Assembly: GCA_028279595.1 (NCBI GenBank)
Contig: JANQNK010000020.1
Coordinates: 160,001-224,000, forward strand
Direction of reading: 5' to 3'
Length of the DNA stretch: 64,000 nucleotides
Source of the DNA: Thermoplasmatota archaeon
Lineage (GTDB): Archaea > Thermoplasmatota > JAKEGO01
Part shown: positions 46,757 to 59,300 of the stretch, piece after piece
Layout: each line of letters begins with the position of its first letter
How positions within the stretch are numbered: position 1 is the stretch's first letter
Position numbers and translations under genes: made by a program
The notes under the pieces: generated by a model
Databases searched by the model: none
Told to the model about the DNA's origin: nothing
What the model saw: only the letters and a program-made list of their open reading frames with translations

Positions 46757-48028
46757 TCAGTGCTGCCACATGGGAAGGACCCTTTCGTAACCCATGAGCT
46801 TCACTCCGGCCACTGTCGCTGCCTCGTATGTCATTCCCCTGACATCGTCAAGGCCGACCTCGGTGATGGAATGGTGCCCTGTGAGGGCTATGAGCATCCT
46901 CAGCTCCTGGTCGAGCGCCTTGATGTAGTTGTCGACGCCCCTGGCAGCCCCCTTCGGCAGCTTACCTGGCTCGCCCGTGATGCCTACCCTGCAGTCGCCC
47001 TTGACGCAGTTCTCGTAGCACCCGGTGCAGCCCATCGCCACAAGGAAGGGAAGGTCGAGACCGACGGCATCCGCGCCCATGGCCAGGGCCTTGAAGATGT
47101 CGGCCGACGTCATCATGCCGCCGTTCACGATCAGCTTGATGCTCGAGTCCTTCATCCCGGCCAGCTTGAAGCCGCGCTGGACCCCGCCGAATATCCCCAG
47201 GATGGGTGTGCCCACCTCGTTCCCGACGATCGACGGCACTGCCGTCCCGATGGCTTCGGATGCGTCCACCACGATGGCGTCCACGCCTGCCTCCACGGCG
47301 ATCTTGACGTCGTCGATGAGGTTCCCGGCGCCGAACTTCAGCAATATCGGTATCTTCCGGTCCGTGGTCTCCCGGACCATCTCGACGATGTACTTGATGT
47401 CCTCGGGGGTGTCCATGTCCAGGTGCTTGGACGGGCTGAGCGCGTCGGCCCCCTTCGGGAGGGCCCGTATCTCGCTCATCTCGTCTGTGATCTTCTCGGC
47501 GAATAGGATCCCACCCATACCGGGCTTCGATCCATGCCCAAGGGATATCTCCACGGCGTCCGCGGACCTAAGACCGTCTAAGTCCACAGAGAACCTTCCG
47601 GATGCCATCTGGGCGATGACCTTGCCGCCGTTGGCCAGGGTCTTCGCCTCCTCCGGGGACAGGCCGCCCTCGGCGGCATTGAACGTGATGTCGTGCTCGG
47701 CCGCGGCCTTCACGAGGACCCGCCTCGCATCTGTCGAAAGGGCACCCAGCGATAGGGGAGCCATCATGTACGGCCTTTCCAGCGTGAGCGGCCTCTCCAG
47801 GCCCGATCCGATGACCACCTTCGTCTCGACGAGCGTCCGCATGGAATCGTTCGGGAGCCTTGCGGCCTGCGCGGGAGTGATCACGATGCTGTCGAGGTCG
47901 GGGTGCTTGCGCACCATCCCGAACCCGCGCATCGGGGCCCGTCCAAGCTCCGACGACAGGCGGACATGCTGGACCGACCTGTTGAACCAGGTGTCCTCGT
48001 CGATGACCGGCGTCTCCTTCTTCGGCAT
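46757..48028 (-). CDS. FMN-binding glutamate synthase family protein (archaeal GltB2-like)
   Basis: LSLGALS, AEGG, QMASGRF, GSKPGMGG, KALAMGADAV and the Cys cluster CTGCYENCVKGDC. Confidence 0.88.
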   Translation of the reverse strand: MPKKETPVIDEDTWFNRSVQHVRLSSELGRAPMRGFGMVRKHPDLDSIVITPAQAARLPNDSMRTLVETKVVIGSGLERPLTLERPYMMAPLSLGALSTDARRVLVKAAAEHDITFNAAEGGLSPEEAKTLANGGKVIAQMASGRFSVDLDGLRSADAVEISLGHGSKPGMGGILFAEKITDEMSEIRALPKGADALSPSKHLDMDTPEDIKYIVEMVRETTDRKIPILLKFGAGNLIDDVKIAVEAGVDAIVVDASEAIGTAVPSIVGNEVGTPILGIFGGVQRGFKLAGMKDSSIKLIVNGGMMTSADIFKALAMGADAVGLDLPFLVAMGCTGCYENCVKGDCRVGITGEPGKLPKGAARGVDNYIKALDQELRMLIALTGHHSITEVGLDDVRGMTYEAATVAGVKLMGYERVLPMWQH

Positions 48029-48945
48029 CAGTTCCCCTCCTTCGATTTCTTGAGGTCGTCCATCAGTTTCTCGCGCTTGGACCTGATCTGGGCCAATTTA
48101 CGTTCGAGGTCCTCGGTCCGGCTGACCTGGTCGTCCTCGTCGTCCTCCTCGGCCTTGACTATCGGGCCCGTCGGCGCAGCCGGCTCCTCGACGGCTCCAA
48201 TATCGACGATCTCCGGGACCGTCTCCTCGACGGCCTCGACCTGGATGACCTCCTCATGGGCCTCCTCGTCCTCCAGGTCCGGCGCCGCGAACTCCTCCTC
48301 GGCCTCGAAGAACGGTCTCGTCTTCTCGGCAGTGATCTTCCTGAGGGTCGTGACCCCCTTGACGTCGTAGGCCTCGAGGTACTTCACCACGGCGGCGACC
48401 TCCTCCTCCGTCGCCTGGGTCTCCACGGTGTTCTTCCCCCGCTCGGTGATCGTCCCGCCGACGTATATCTCACCGCCGATCATCCACTGGCCCAGATGGG
48501 CTCCGGCGTTCCCCGTGATGACGAGGGTTCCGCCCTGCATGTACTCGCCGACGTAGGAGCCCGCGTAGCCATCGATAACGAGTATTCCGCCCTGCATGTT
48601 CAGGCCCACCCTGTCGCCAGCGTTGCCCTGGACGATGAGGTTCCCTCCACGCATGTAAACACCGGACCCGGTCGCGACGTGTCCCTGGATAATTACCTCG
48701 CCTCCGGACATGTTGTCGCAGACGTAGCGTCCCGCGGGACCCTGGAGGGTCAGTCTGCCACCTCCGTTGAATGCGCCGAAATAGTCGCCGCCAACACCGG
48801 ATATCCGGGTCTTTCCCTTCTGGATGCCCACCGCTATGCAGTGCTGGCCGGTCAGACCCTCGATCTTCACGACCTTGCCCATCTCGATGAGCTTCTTGAT
48901 CTGCTCGTTGATCGTCCTGGAATCGTATACGACCTCTCCGGCCAT
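48028..48945 (-). CDS. GXGXG beta-helix protein (GltB3/FwdC-like) with acidic C-terminal extension
   Basis: Repeated G..G..MxGG.(I/L)(V/I)(I/V).G units; stop overlaps the GltB2 start. Confidence 0.85.
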   Translation of the reverse strand: MAGEVVYDSRTINEQIKKLIEMGKVVKIEGLTGQHCIAVGIQKGKTRISGVGGDYFGAFNGGGRLTLQGPAGRYVCDNMSGGEVIIQGHVATGSGVYMRGGNLIVQGNAGDRVGLNMQGGILVIDGYAGSYVGEYMQGGTLVITGNAGAHLGQWMIGGEIYVGGTITERGKNTVETQATEEEVAAVVKYLEAYDVKGVTTLRKITAEKTRPFFEAEEEFAAPDLEDEEAHEEVIQVEAVEETVPEIVDIGAVEEPAAPTGPIVKAEEDDEDDQVSRTEDLERKLAQIRSKREKLMDDLKKSKEGN

Positions 48946-49014
48946 AGCTAACCCCTCACGTCTTCCATGATTGGTGCGCCGATAATAAACCTTTTTGTAA
49001 GGTTCGTACGGTCC

Positions 49015-50050
49015 TCAGTCCCAGAACCTGTGCGTCCTGGCGAAGGTGACCTCCGCCTGCAGGATCCCCCTCAGAAGCTCCAGCTCGTCGTAGCCATACA
49101 GGCGCAGGAGCCTCGCTGCCGTCTTGGGGCCGACGCCCCTCGCGGCGAGGGCCATCAGGGCCCTGTCGCCGTGCTCGCGGACCAGGTTAGCCGAGAGCTG
49201 CAGCGGCCGCGCCTTCTCCTTCGACGAAAATGAATCCTTAAGGTCCTTCCTCTCCGCCTTCCAGGGCCGCATGGCGGCGACCATGGTCGAGCCGCACCTC
49301 GTGCATTCGTAGGTCCTGTCCTTCTCGGCCATGCCGTGGAAGACCGTCCTGCAGGACATGCAGACGAGGGCCATTCGCTGAGCCCTCAACCGGTTCTCGA
49401 GCGCCCGGAGGATCGCGCTGTCCGACCTGAACGGCCTCATGAGGTCCCCGTAGCGGTCCATCCCGCTCCGTCCAATGGGTGAGAGGGCCGTCATCTCGAC
49501 ATCTATGTCCGACGCCTGCATCGCTCCCAGGACCTCCGCCGCACGCTCTATGTCCATCCTGTCCCAGAGATAGCTCTCCATGGCCTCCTCGAACAGGACC
49601 GTTCCCTTGTACCTCTGGACGACGGTAGTGCCGAAACGTGAGATGTCCGCCTCCCTGCGGACCGCCCCGAACTTGCGGGCGACCTGGAAGAGGTGCCACC
49701 TGACCTCGTTCGAGTTGAGCAGTGATTTCCTGATGATGGTCTCCAGGGTATCCGGGTCGGTCTCCGTGAGGAGTCTCTGGACCTCGTATGCCGCACGCGG
49801 CATGTTCGTCCTGATGAGCACCCTCGAGGGATCTACCTGCTTCGACACCGAGGCGCCGCTCTTCGCAGCGATCATCGTCGACAGGAAGTGGCCAAGGGCC
49901 ATGTTCGTCCTCGACCCGAACGGCGAATTGACGACCACCAACCCTCCAGCGTCCTCGATGGTCACAAGGTCGTCTGAGGGCATCGGTCTCGGATGCCTTT
50001 GAAGGAATCGGACAAGCCTCTCCCGGCCCTCGATAATTATATCTGCTTCC
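49015..50050 (-). pseudogene. lhr: C-terminal fragment of an Lhr-family helicase; helicase core missing
   Basis: PSDDLVTIE, VNSPFGSRTNMALG, VARKFGAV, Zn motif CMSC...CTRCGS, ALAARGVGPKTAARLL, FARTHRFWD. No Walker A/DEAH motif upstream; the sequence turns AT-rich near 50040. Confidence 0.75.
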
Positions 50051-50357
50051 ACGGGACTCCCCTTATCACTGATGATATTTAACGGTTGTAGTCTGTGTGA
50101 CTCGGTCGAGCTCCTTGGACCATACATGTTAGGGTCATTTCATAAATCTGAGGCGATTTCAACCCATTTCTTATCAATAAATGATTGTTTGGTGGGGTAC
50201 ACTATTATAACACAAATCTCCCTATAAATAAATTGGGGCTGTTTTAAATATATATGAACCTGCATTCTACATTTCCTTGAAAAGTGCCCTCCAAACGTAG
50301 GCGCATGAAAACCCATATATACGAGGTTTTCAGTCGTTTCGTTGGAGGTGAACACTG

Positions 50358-53300
50358 ATGAGAAAATCAGTAGCTACAGCGCTAGTAATGGCTTTGTTAG
50401 TACAGATGATAAGCGCGGGTGTGCTTATCACGATGAACGAGAGGACCCCCGGAGTGCTCCAAGATGAGTCCCGGGTCCATGGCGACGAAATGTCCGCCAA
50501 CGGTATTAAAACGGGTCTATCCGTTGAAATATCCGGTCCGCCGACCGCTGAGGTCGGCGAGATAGTTGAGTATACGATCACGGTGACGAATACGGGAAGT
50601 GTAGACCTTTACATCCCGTTGATGACCGATACGCTGCTAGGGGACCTTACAGGTAGGATAAGCGGCGGTGTCATCACGGAGGATGAGGGTTTCGAGACAT
50701 TTACCGTTACCCACTACGTACTTGCGACCGACTCCGATCCGTTGTACAACAATATTACAGTGGACGGTGAGGACAAGAACGGAGGGGACCAGGTCCAAGA
50801 CTCCGACGACCACACCATCGATATCCTGTCCACTGGTGTCTCGATAGAGCTCACCGGTCCGGAATCGGCGGAGGTCGGAGACCCCGTCACCTACACCGTC
50901 GAGGTCGTCAACACCGGAGAGGTCGACCTCTACATCACATCCCTCATGGACACGCTGGCCGGAGACCTGAGCGGTCTCATCAGCGGTGGCGTCATCACCA
51001 CAGAGGAGGGATCCGAGCAGTTCATTTATCCATACATAGTGAAGAAGACGGTCTCGGACCCGCTGGTGAACCACATATCCGTCAGGGGACAGAACATCAA
51101 TTCTGCAGATGTCGTTTCAGATTCGGACAGACATTCTGTCGACATCGTTGAGACCGTGATACCAGAGACCCCAGGACCCCTTGCCGATACAGGGGACGAG
51201 ACCGGCGTGACCATCGAGAAGTCCGGTCCCACATCGGCAGAGGTGGGCGAGACGATCACCTACGACATCACAGTTACCAACACGGGGAGTGTCGATCTTT
51301 ACATCACCTCCCTTTCGGACCCCCTTGTTGGTGATCTGAGCGATGAGATCAGTGGCGACGTGATAACGACGACCGAGGGTTCAGAGACCTTCTCGTATAC
51401 GTATACGGTGCAGGCCACGGACTCCGATCCGCTCGTCAACACGATATCGGTCGAAGCCGACAACGAGGCAGGCGACGACCCTGTGGATGATTCCGACACA
51501 CATTCTGTGAACCTCCTGTACACCGGGATCACCATAACCAAGAGCGGCCCCACGACCGCGGAGGTCGGCGAGGAGATCACTTACACCGTAGAGGTAGAGA
51601 ACACCGGCGAGGTTGACCTGACGATCACCTCCCTGACGGACACCGTCGGTGGCGACCTCAGCGGAGAGATCTCCGACGGCGTCATCACAACGACCGAAGG
51701 GTCGGAGACCATCACCTACACCTACACGGTGCAGGATTCAGACTCCGATCCTTTCGGCAATACTGTAACCGTGACCGCCACGAACGGCAACTCGGGCGAC
51801 AGCGTCACTGACTCCGACACCCATTCGGTCGACATCCAGAACACCGGTGTGACCGTTACCAAGACGGCACCGGCGACCGCCGAGATCTGGCAGATCATAA
51901 CCTACACCATCACGGTGACGAACACCGGGGACACGGACCTCTACATAACGGCCCTTAGCGATACCCTGCTGGGCGATCTCAAGACGAAGATCAGCGGCGG
52001 GAAGATCACCACCTCCGAGGGCTTCGAGACGTTCACGTACACCTACATCGTGACATCGAACGAGGACCCCCTCGACAACTCGATTACCGTCATAGGTGAG
52101 AACGAGTACGGAGAGGACCAGGTCACCGACACGGCCTCGCACACTGTGGATATCCTGTTCACCGATTTCACAGTCGAGAAGACCGGCCCTGCAAAGGCAT
52201 TTGTTGGTGAGGAGATAACATACACCGTCACCATCACGAACACCGGAGAGGTCGACCTTTATATAGGTTCGATCACCGACACGTTCGTTGGCGACCTTAC
52301 CGACGAGGTACCCGGCGGAGTCATAGACGTAGGCGACTATGCGGAGTTCAGCTACACGTGGACCGTGCTTTCCACCTCCCACGATCCACTGGCGAACGCC
52401 GTGAACGTCAATGCGGAGAACCAGTACGGAAGCGACTGGATCAGCGACTCGGACGGCCATTCCCTCGACGTGCTGTGGACCGGCGTCTCCATCGAGAAGA
52501 CCGGACCAACGACCGCTGAGGTCGGAGAGACGATAACGTACACGATAACCGTCACGAACGAGGGCGATGTCGATCTCTTCATCACATCCCTCCTGGACGA
52601 CCAGTACGGCGACCTCAGCGATTACATCACTGGGGACAAGATCACCACGAAGGAAGGCTCGGAGACCTTCACCTACGATTACACGGTCCAGGCCGGAGAT
52701 GACAACCCGCTCGTCAACACGATCACCGTCGTCGGCGAGAACAAGTTCGGCGACAACGAGGTAACAGACTCGGACAGCTGGACCGTCGAACTCGTCGGGA
52801 CCGACGTCGAGATAACCAAGAGCGGTCCGGAGACCGCCATGGTCGGCGAGACGATCACCTACACGTTCACGGTCACCAACACCGGTGTCGTGGACCTCTA
52901 CATAGACTCGATCACCGACACCGTTCTGGGAGACCTAACCAGCTACGTCACGAGCCCGATCGCGAACGGCGGCTCGGACACATTCACTGTCGATTACGTC
53001 GTTCCGTCGACTGCTTCTGACCCGCTCGAGAACACCGTCACCATCGAGGCGTCCAACGAGCACGGCGAGAACGACGTGACCGACACTGCTAGCCACTCCT
53101 GCGACCTGCTCAGGACCGGCGTGTCGATCACCAAGAGCGGTCCAACGAGCGGTGAGATCGGAGAGGAGGTCACCTACACGATCGTCGTCACGAACGAGGG
53201 CGACGTTGACCTCTACATCACCTCTCTGATAGACGACGAGCTCGGCACCCTCACGGACGATATCACCGACGGCGTCATCACGACGACCGAGGGATCCGAG

Positions 53301-56300
53301 ACGGTCTACGTGACACACACCCTGACCGTGAACGACGACGACCCGCTCATCAACACGGTCACAGTCATCGGCACCAACAGCGCAGAGGGCGATGAGGTAA
53401 CGGACTCCGACACACACACCTTGGACATCCTGCGTACGGGCGTGGACGTGACCAAATCCGGTGCGGATGACGCCGAGGTCGGCGAGAGCATCGATTACAC
53501 GATAACCGTGGAGAACACCGGCGCGGTGGACCTGACGATAACCTCCCTTAGCGATACCCTGCTCGGAAGCCTGATGTCCTACCTGACAGACGAGGACACC
53601 GGTAATGCCGGGATCCAGATACTTGTAGGTAGTACACAGACGATCACCTACACCTACACTGTCACCGATGAGACCGACGTTCTCGAGAACACGGTGACCG
53701 TCATTGGCGAGAACGGCAATAGCGATGACGAGGTCACCGATTCAGCCTCCTGGAGCCTCGATGTGCTCAGGACCGGGATCGAGGTCACGAAGGATGGACC
53801 TGCGTCCGCTGAGGTCGGAGAGGAGATAACTTACACCATCAGGATAACCAACATCGGAGATGTTGAAGTCGAGATCACCACGATCAATGACAACCTGTTA
53901 GGAGACCTCATCGGCGAACTGACTACGACGACCATAGCGGTCGGGGAATATATCGAGTTCACAGTCACTTACACGGTCCCCGCGGTCATCGGAAGCCTCT
54001 ACAATATCGTGACGGTCCTTGCCGAGAACCAGTACGGGGACGACAGCACTTCGGATTCTGACGACCACACTTGCCGGGTACTGCGTACCGGTGTGACCAT
54101 ATCGAAGGACGGCCCGTCGGATGCTCAGATCGGTGAGACGATCACATACACGATCAGGGTCACGAACACTGGTGCTGTGGACCTCACGATCACATCATTG
54201 ACCGACACACTCCTCGGAAACCTGCTCACGGAGATAAGCGGCGGTGTGATCACCACCACCGAGGGTTTTGAGGAGTTCACCTACGATTACACCGTACTCG
54301 CGGGGGACGACGATCCCCTCGACAACTCGATAACCGTCACCGGACAGAACAGCAACAGCGCGGATCCAGTAACGGATTCGGACGCCCACATCGTGGACCT
54401 CGAGTACACTGGACTGACCGTGATCAAGGAGGGTCCCTCCTCAGCCGAGGTCGGCGAGGAGATCACCTACGAGTTCACCATCAAGAACCCCGGTGAGGTC
54501 GATCTCTACATCACGACGTTCTTTGACACCCTTCTGGGCGACATCCTCGCAGCGGAGGGCTACGGAGCAAGCAATCCGCTCGTCGTAGAGCCGAACATCG
54601 ACTCCTTCTTCGACATCACCTACGAGATCGAGTTCGAGGACGACGACCCCCTTCCGAACACCGTGACCGTCACAGGTGAGAACGAGTTCGGTGAGGACGA
54701 GGTAACGGATACCGACGACCATTCCGTTGACATCAAGTTCGCCGGAATGGAGATCACCAAGGAAGGACCCGCAAGCGCCGAGGTGGGCCAGACAGTGACC
54801 TACACGATCACAGTGAAGAACACCGGAGAGGTCGATCTGGTCGTCACGAAGCTCGATGACGACGTCCTCGGGGACATCCTGGCAATGAACGATTATGATG
54901 AACTGAACCCGCTCGTGGTCGATCCGTTCACCGACTCGTTCTTCGACATCGAATACGAGATCGAGTTCGACGACCCAGACCCACTGATCAACACGGTCGT
55001 GGGAGAGGGCGAGAACCAGTACGGGGCCGACCCGCAGTCCGACGAGGCGAGCCATTCACTCGACATACTCCGCTCCGGTCTCACCATAGAGAAGACCGGA
55101 CCCGAGACCGCCCAGGTGGGAGAGACCATCACCTATACCATCAAGATAACTAACACCGGACAGGTGGACCTCGACGTCACCTACCTGTACGACACACTGC
55201 TGGGCGACCTGCTCAGCGACCTTGCCACGGGTACGATCGCCGCTGGCACAACCGAGACGTTGACATACACATATACGATCGGCGAGGACGACCTCGACCC
55301 ACTACCCAACGCGGTCACCATCAGGGCCGAGAACCAGTACGGTCAGGACCAGGTCTCGGATACCGACGACCACGAGGTCGACATCAAGTACGCTAACATC
55401 TCCGTGGACAAGGAGGGACCCGCGACGGCACAGATCGGTGAGACGATCACGTACACGATCACCGTGTCGAACCCGGGCGAGGTCGATGTGACGATAACAT
55501 CACTGGACGATACCCTTCTGAACGACCTGCTCTCGTACCTGACGGACGAGGACGCCTCGGAGCCAGGAGTACAGATCCTCGCTGGCAGCAGCCAGTCCTT
55601 CACATACGATTACACGATACCCCTCCAGCCCGAGGACCCGACCCCCAACTCGATAGCCGTAGTGGCAGAGAACTACTTCGGCGAGGACGAGGTCAGGGAC
55701 TCGGCCAGCCACTCCGTGGACATTCTCCGCTCCTCGATCACGATCTCGAAGGCGGCACAGGACGAGGCGGAGGTCGGCGAGTCGATCGAGTACACGATAA
55801 CCATCGTGAACGACGGCGAGGTCGATCTCACGATCACCTACCTGTATGACTCCCTCGGAGGCGACCTGAGCGGTCAGATAAGCGGCGGTGTCATCACCGT
55901 CAGCGAGTATTTCGAGACCGTCACCTACACGTACACTGCTCCCTACTCGCCGGACCCGCTCGAGAACACGGTATGGGTCAATGGCGAGAACAGCAATGGA
56001 GAGGACGTCGCATCCGATTCTGCGAGCCATTCGGTCGACATACTCCACGTCGACATCAGCATCGACAAGGAGGGACCGATCTCGGCCCAGGTGGGCCAGA
56101 CGATCACCTACACGATAACCATAACGAACGAGGGAGAGGTCGACGTATACGTCACATCCCTTACCGACACACTGCTCGGCGATCTCATCGGAGAGCTCAC
56201 GGACACAGAGATCCCCGAGGGAACCTCCGTTTCCTTCGACTACGAATACACCGTACTATCGACCGACCCGGACCCGCTCGACAACGAGATATCAGTGGCA

Positions 56301-59300
56301 GTGGTCAACGGTCATGAAGCGGACCCGGATTCAGATACTGACGGACACCGGGTGGACCTGCTCTTCCCTGGTGTCGAGATCACGAAGGAGGGACCGTCCT
56401 CCGCCATGGTCGGCGAGACCATAACCTACACCATCACGGTGACCAACACCGGCGCCACCGATCTCGTTCTTACCAAGTTGGAAGACTCGATCGAGGGCGA
56501 CCTCCTCAGCTACATATCCGACAACGAGATAACACTGTCCGAGGGCTTCGAGAGCTTCACCTACACCTACACCATTCTATCGACCGACACAGATCCTCTC
56601 GCCAACACGATCACCGTGGAGGGTGAGAACGAATACGGCGCGTCGGACGTCAGCGACACGGCGAGCCATTCGGTGGACATCCTTTACACTGACGCGACAA
56701 TCGAGAAGACCGGCGATGCGAGCGCAGAGGTCGGTCAGACGATCGAATACACCGTCACCATCGAGAACACTGGCGACGTCGACCTTTACGTTTACTCGCT
56801 CTACGACACGCTCGTCGGCGATCTGACAAGCCAGATAACCGATGGCGTCATCGAGGTCGACGAGATAGAGGTCATCACATACTCACACACCGTCACCATG
56901 ACGGATCCCGACCCGCTCACGAACACGGTCTCCCTGACCGCATACAACAGATACCAGACCGACACCCTGTTCATCTTCGACGACCACGAGGTCGACATCA
57001 AGTACACGGGCATGACCGTGACCAAGACCGGTCCTGTGTCCGGCGAGGTCGGCGAGGAGATCATGTACACGATATCCATCGAGAACACTGGCGAGGTCGA
57101 TCTATACATAACCGAGTTCGACGACAGCCTCCTCGATGACCTTCTGGTCTACTTCGGTTACGACGAACTCGACCCATTGGTCATAGGGGCAGGGGTGGAA
57201 TCCTTCTTCGACGTCTACTACACCATCGAGTTCGACGATACCGATCCGCTGCTTAACACTGTTACAGTAGAGGGCGAGAACCAGTACGGAGGCAATCCGC
57301 AGTCGGGCGAGGACAGCCACTCCGTGGACATCAAGTACACCAGGATGGAGGTCACCAAGACGGCCCAGCAGACGGCGGAGGTGGGCGAGGAGGTCAAATG
57401 GACCATCACCATCAAGAACACAGGCGAGGTCGATCTGGTCATCACCAAGGTCGACGACTCCCTGCTCGGGGACATCCTTGCGGATGCAGGTTACGGTCCT
57501 CTCAATCCGCTCATCATCGAGCCCACGTTCGATTCGTTCTTCGACGTCTTCACCGAGATCGAGGTCGACGGCGCCGATCCCCTCATCAACCGCGTGACCG
57601 TCGAGGGAGAGAACCAGTACGGAGAGGACGGACAGGAGGACGAGGACAGCCATTCCATCAACATCCTCCGCTCCGGCATCGAGATCGAGAAGACCGGGCC
57701 GACCGACGCTGTGCTTGGCGACGAGATCACCTACACGATCACCATCAGGAACATCGGCGAGGTCGACCTCTACATCACCTCGCTCCAGGACACACTTCTG
57801 GGCGACCTGATCGGAGAGATAACCAATCCGATCGCTGCGGGTACGACAGTCACCTTCGACTACACGTACATAGTGTCCGGCAGGGACGACGACCCGCTAC
57901 CGAACACGATCACGGTCAATGCGTGGAACCAGTACGATGCCGATCCCGTCAGTGACTCCGATGGTCACTCCGTGGACCTCCACTACACCGGAGTCACCAT
58001 CGAGAAGACCGGACCCGTTGACGCAGAGGTGTTCGAGGAGATCACATACTGGATCACCGTTACGAACACCGGGGACACTGACCTGCACATCGATACACTG
58101 ACCGACTCCGTCATAGGCGACCTCAGCACCTATATCTCCGATGGGGTGATCACGGTCGCCGAGGGCTCCGAGACGTTCTCGTATGAATACACCGTGACCG
58201 ACACACCCGATCCGCTGGTCAATACCGTGACCGTCGTCGGTACCAACTCCAACGAGATCGACTCGGTCACTGCGACCGACTCCCACTCTGTTGACGTCCT
58301 CTACACGGGCGTCGACATCAGGAAGACCGGACCGTCCACCGCGACGGTAGGCGAGACGATCACCTACACCGTGGAGATCGAGAACACCGGAGAGGTCGAC
58401 CTCTACGTGACATCCCTGGTCGACACCCTCGTTGGCAACGTCATCGGACTCCTGGACGACACCGTCATCGGTGTCGGAGAGACCGACACGATCACCTACC
58501 AGCACACAGTGACATCGACCTACGATCCGCTCCCGAACGGAATCAACATCAACGTCGAGAACCAGTTCCAGAGCGACTGGAAGAGCGACAACGACGACCA
58601 CTCGGTCGATATCCTGCGCACCGGGGTCGAGATCACCAAGACCGGACCCGAGAGCGCTATACCGGGCCAGACGATAACCTACACCGTAGAGATATACAAC
58701 TACGGCGAGGTGGACCTCTGGATATTCTACCTCTGGGACTCCCTCGTGGGCGACATCAGCGGTCTCGTCTCCAACCCGATCGCTGCTGGCACGACACAGA
58801 CGATCACTTACACCTATACCGTCCAGGAGGACGATACCGATCCCCTGCCGAACAACGTCTACGGTCGCGGATGGAACCGCTTCCAGACCGATGTAGTGGA
58901 TGACGAGGACGGTCATTCCGTGGACCTCAAGTACACGGGCGTCGAGATAACGAAGGATGGACCTGATGACGCGAAGTCCGGCGAGACAATAACCTACACG
59001 ATATCCATCAAGAACACGGGCGAGGTGGACCTCTACGTCACCGACCTCGACGATACGATCCTGGGAGACCTGACGACCGAGGTCACCAACCCGATCGCTC
59101 CCGGGGACACATTCACCTTCACGTACGACTACACCGTCCAGAGCACCGACTCCGATCCGCTGTTGAACGAGATCACGGTAACCGCCAGTAACGAGGCAGG
59201 TGGAGACGAGGTAACTGACACAGCAAGCCACTCGGTCGACCTCATGCTCATCGACGTCACGATCGAGAAGACCGGACCGGAGACCGCTGAAGTGTGGGAG

